A DNA stretch of 63,514 nt, counting the filler, from Octopus bimaculoides (Eukaryota): assembly GCF_001194135.2 (NCBI RefSeq). It is 6 parts of 6 records of this genome, joined end to end, with 100 filler letters (N's around TTAATTAATTAA, not from the genome) between each part and the next. Parts side by side here need not be neighbours in the genome. Positions count along the whole stretch, not along the records: positions 58,942 to 62,387 come from NC_069003.1; positions 62,488 to 63,514 come from NW_026346528.1; 4 more parts are not named here. One strand, 5' to 3'. Of the stretch, positions 60,312 through 63,514 are shown piece after piece. The notes beneath the pieces are model-generated. The model searched no databases. It saw only the letters and a list, made by a program, of their open reading frames with translations, and was not told the origin of the DNA. A program made the position numbers and the translations under genes. Each line of letters starts with the position of its first letter. The first letter of the stretch is position 1.

Positions 60312-60704
60312 CATAGGATCTTGCAAAATTTCTTTAACCACTTTTCAAATTTTCACCACATTATATTTTCAAAAAAATGGAGCTGATATAGTTTTGCATG
60401 CTAGTGACGAAATTCGCATTCAAGGGGTATTTGGCCACTATTTCTAACAGGTCGAGAGACAACGTAAAGGTTTTTGCATGGGCAGATTTCTGTGTGGTAG
60501 AATATATCAACAATGGCGGTTTCGATTGACTAAGATTACATAATCTTCAATGTTTGTAACTTATTTTAATTAATTTTTAGAAAAACAATGAAAGTCATTT
60601 TCGTCATCGGCATGCAAAACTACTTCAGTATATTTTTTTGAAAATATTCCGATGAAAATGCCAAAAACTTCACGTGGCAGGAAGAAATTTAACAAGGTTC
60701 TATA
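60312..60704. mobile_element. non-autonomous DNA transposon (MITE) with about 100-bp imperfect TIRs, TA-flanked
   Basis: Left cataggatcttgcaaaatttc...atattttcaaaaaaat...tagttttgcatgctagtgacgaaa mirrors right ttttcgtcatcggcatgcaaaacta...atttttttgaaaatat...gaaatttaacaaggttctata. Confidence 0.75.
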
Positions 60705-60714
60705 CATACGATAC

Positions 60715-60976
60715 ATATCACGTGACCGACCAGGCTATCAAATGTTGCTACACATCACTGGTCACAATGCGCTATTGCATTGTTTTAGCGTTCAAATGAC
60801 GCTACCCTGCTGGCTAGGCGAGCAAGCTAACATTCCCTTCTGATCGAAAGGGGAACTGGAGCAAAGGGAAATGAAGTGTTTTGCTCAAGAACATAACGCA
60901 CTGCCCAGTCTGGGAATCGCACCCACGATCTAACGATCGTGAGTGCCACGGCCTGACCACTAGGCCATGCGTCTTC
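60715..60976 (-). mobile_element. SINE family D (tRNA-headed)
   Basis: Minus strand gacgcatggcctagtggtcagg (A-box)...ggtgcgattcccagactgggc (B-box-like)...ttcttgagcaaaacacttcattt. The body differs from families A-C. Confidence 0.75.
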
Positions 60977-61038
60977 ACACACACACACACACACGCACAC
61001 ACACACACACACACACGCGCACATACATACACACATAT

Positions 61039-61420
61039 TGGCTGTGTGGTAAGAAGTTTGCTTCCCAACCACATGGTTCCAGATTCAGTCCCACTGCGTG
61101 GCACCTTGGGCAAGTATCTTCTACTATAGCCTCAGAGTGATCAAAACCTTGTAAGTGAACTAGGTAGACAAAAACTGAAAGAAACCCGTCGTATGTGTAT
61201 ATCAACGTGTGTTTGTCTTTGTGTCTGAGTTTGTTCTTCACCAGCGTTTGACAACTGTTGTTAGTGTGTTATGTCTTCGTAACCTAGCGGATCGGCAAAA
61301 TCGACAGATAGCATAAGTACAAGGCATGTAAAAGAAAATAAGTTCATCCGTTCGACTAAAATTCTTCAAGGCGGTGCCCCAGCATGGTCGCAGTCTAATG
61401 ACTGAAAGAAGTAAAAGATA
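61039..61420 (+). mobile_element. SINE family B, near full-length
   Basis: tggctgtgtggtaagaagtttgcttcccaaccacatggttccagattcagtcccactgcgtggcaccttgggcaagt...cagcatggtcgcagtctaatgactgaaa. Confidence 0.9.
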
Positions 61421-61427
61421 AGATTAC

Positions 61428-61460
<33 letters not shown>

Positions 61461-61699
61461 TGCTGAAGGAAATGGAAGATGGATTTAGTACGAATCTTTA
61501 TACATTCGTACTAAATCCACCTTCCGTTTCCTTCATGAATTATAAACTCAACAAACACAGCGTATTTCCTGACGTAGATCCACTGAAAATTATATCATTA
61601 CTGTGGATGACATCAAGTAGCCCAAACTGTGATTGTGCTTTGACATACTCATAGACATATATCAAAAGTCCATGTAATTACATAAATATATATATATAT

Positions 61700-62328
61700 C
61701 CTTTTGTTCTTCTATACTTTTACCGGTTTCAGCCCTTAGCTTGGGCTATATGGGAGCACTGCCTTTTCCTGTTTTGGGGTCTCCGTTCTATACTGTTTTT
61801 GAACAAGCGAGTTAGACGGAGCTGTTCTTCTTTGTGCCTCCTGTCGCGATGTGGGTTCATCTTGGATTTCAGATAGAAATTTATCCAGGTGCTTTTTGAA
61901 CGTTTTAACATCCACACCCCACAAATCTCCGAGGTTGTCCGGCAGGATGTTAAACAGTTGTGGTCCCCTAAAACCCAACCTGTTGCAATACTGGGTTCTT
62001 ATTCGAGATTAAGAAGACAGGATCTTTGGTATTACGCAGTGCCGTCCAGTTCGGTGGTTGGTAGAGCTTTTAATTCCAAAGTTAGAAGCTAGATCTTCCA
62101 GGATCTTCCATATGTATATCACGGCATATTTTTTTCGCCTTCTCTCCAGGGAGTACAGATTCAATTCTTGCAGCCTCTCCCAGTAGCTCATCTGTTTCAC
62201 CGACTCAATCTTCTTTGTGTAGTGACGCTGGATTACCTCAAGTTCTGCCACCAGTTTAACTCTTAGCAGCAACCATAGATGGGAGTAGTATTCCAGACGA
62301 CTGAGAACAAAAGTCCTCTCGAGGAATA
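61700..62328 (-). mobile_element. CR1-group LINE 3' end (post-RT region)
   Basis: FVLSRLEYYSHLW...ELEVIQRHYTKKI...SYWERLQELNLYSLERRR...GPQLFNILP...VKTFKKHLDKFL. These are the canonical CR1 motifs R..LEY..VW, LE.VQR..T, Y.ERL..L.L.SLERRR and FK..LD.FL. Confidence 0.92.
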
Positions 62329-62330
62329 GC

Positions 62331-62387
<57 letters not shown>

Positions 62388-62589
62388 NNNNNNNNNNNNN
62401 NNNNNNNNNNNNNNNNNNNNNNNNNNNNNNNTTAATTAATTAANNNNNNNNNNNNNNNNNNNNNNNNNNNNNNNNNNNNNNNNNNNNTGTAGTTGTATGA
62501 TCAAAAATGAGGAACCAATCCTTGGAAATTTCAAACATCTAAACTGAAGTGTTAGATTTTTTAAAACAACGTTTAACCATAATCAGCCT

Positions 62590-63250
62590 ACTGCATGCTT
62601 TGGTGTTTGGTTGCTACTTAGTATAGCGTTAGGTAGCTGTTTAGTATGTTGTTTGTTAGATGTCTAGTACTGTGTTCGTTTCACGTTTANNNNNNNNNNT
62701 TAGTATGTTGTTTGTTAGATGTCTAGTACTGTGTTCGTTTCACGTTTACTATGTTGTTTGCTAGGCGTTTACTAGGCAGTTTGTTTGGTGTTTATTATCG
62801 TGTTTGGCTGATGTTCAGTATGATATTTGGTTGGTGTTTAGTATGGTGTTTTGGTTGGTGTTTAGTATGGTGTTTTGGTTGGTGCTTAGTATGGTGTTTT
62901 GCTTGGTGTTTAGTATGAACCTGCGTTGGTTTAGTATGTTGTTTGTGTGATGTTTACTGCAGCTTGATTGGTGTTCAGGATGTTGTTAGGTCGATGTTTA
63001 GTAAGGTATCTGGCTAACATTTACTATGGTGTTAAGTTTATGTTCAATCTAGCGTTTGGTTGTTGTTTAATATGGTGTTTCATTGGTGTTTAGTATGGTC
63101 TTCCTTTAGCGTTTTGTATGGTGCTTGGTTGGCGTTTAGTTGACCTTTAGTAGGGTGCTTGGTTGGTATTTAGTATGGTGTTTAGAATGGCATTTGATTT
63201 GTGTTTAGTATAGTGTCTATTTGGAGTTTAGTATGGTATTATTTCGGTGT
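62590..63250. repeat. degenerate minisatellite, about 24-bp unit (ttggttggtgtttagtatggtgtt)
   Basis: Best-preserved copies at about 62827-62915; the core gtttagtatgg recurs throughout. Confidence 0.9.
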
Positions 63251-63514
63251 TTACTGCGACTGCCGCTAAAGATTTCATCTTCATATATATTCATAACAAT
63301 ATTTATTACTGAACAAGAAATAGTCGTCAATTTCAGTTACACTCGCTCCACACTGTCTGTTAGATATTTATAGCAAAATCATAAGTGTTCAGTAAGTTAG
63401 TCATAGACAAGCATGCAAGATCGCAGAACTCAGAAACGTTTTTCTTGGGCAGGCTCGGTACCATACCTACTTGACCACACTCCTATATGTACATGTGTCT
63501 GTGTGTGTGTGTGT

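Noticed and set aside
62640-62748. 49-bp exact direct repeat
   Set aside because: It flanks a 10-N gap and is most likely a contig-overlap artefact.

Overview
AT-rich, microsatellite-dense animal genomic DNA with many N gaps. The SINE families and repeat style are most consistent with an octopus genome; this is inferred from recalled repeat families and was not verified by a search. There are no bacterial-type genes, rRNA, real tRNA genes or CRISPR arrays, and no host gene can be named. The window is mostly decayed mobile elements. DNA transposons: Tc1/mariner (DD34D-like, DD37D/maT-like, Tc1), a Chapaev-like relic, and long-TIR MITEs. Retroelements: L1/Tx1, RTE, CR1, Penelope-like, two groups of restriction-like-endonuclease (RLE) LINEs (R4/Dong-like and HERO-like), and at least four tRNA-headed SINE families. 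Five identical 100-bp spacers (N44-TTAATTAATTAA-N44) show that the window is six separately assembled pieces stitched together, so long-range order and orientation are uncertain. Several small phase-compatible candidate exons on the minus strand, plus a CpG-rich promoter-like patch near 59.3-59.9 kb, hint at a large-intron gene, but this is weak. The best leads are RLE LINE ends sitting in (TAA)n and (TACA)n microsatellites, an 82-bp-stem hairpin at 58.1 kb, a hammerhead-like Penelope motif, a GC-rich HERO-like insert, the Chapaev relic with a possibly exonised piece beside it, and a shared 3' stem-loop plus (AAC)n tail on two otherwise unrelated short retroposons. I found no strongly supported novel biological system.
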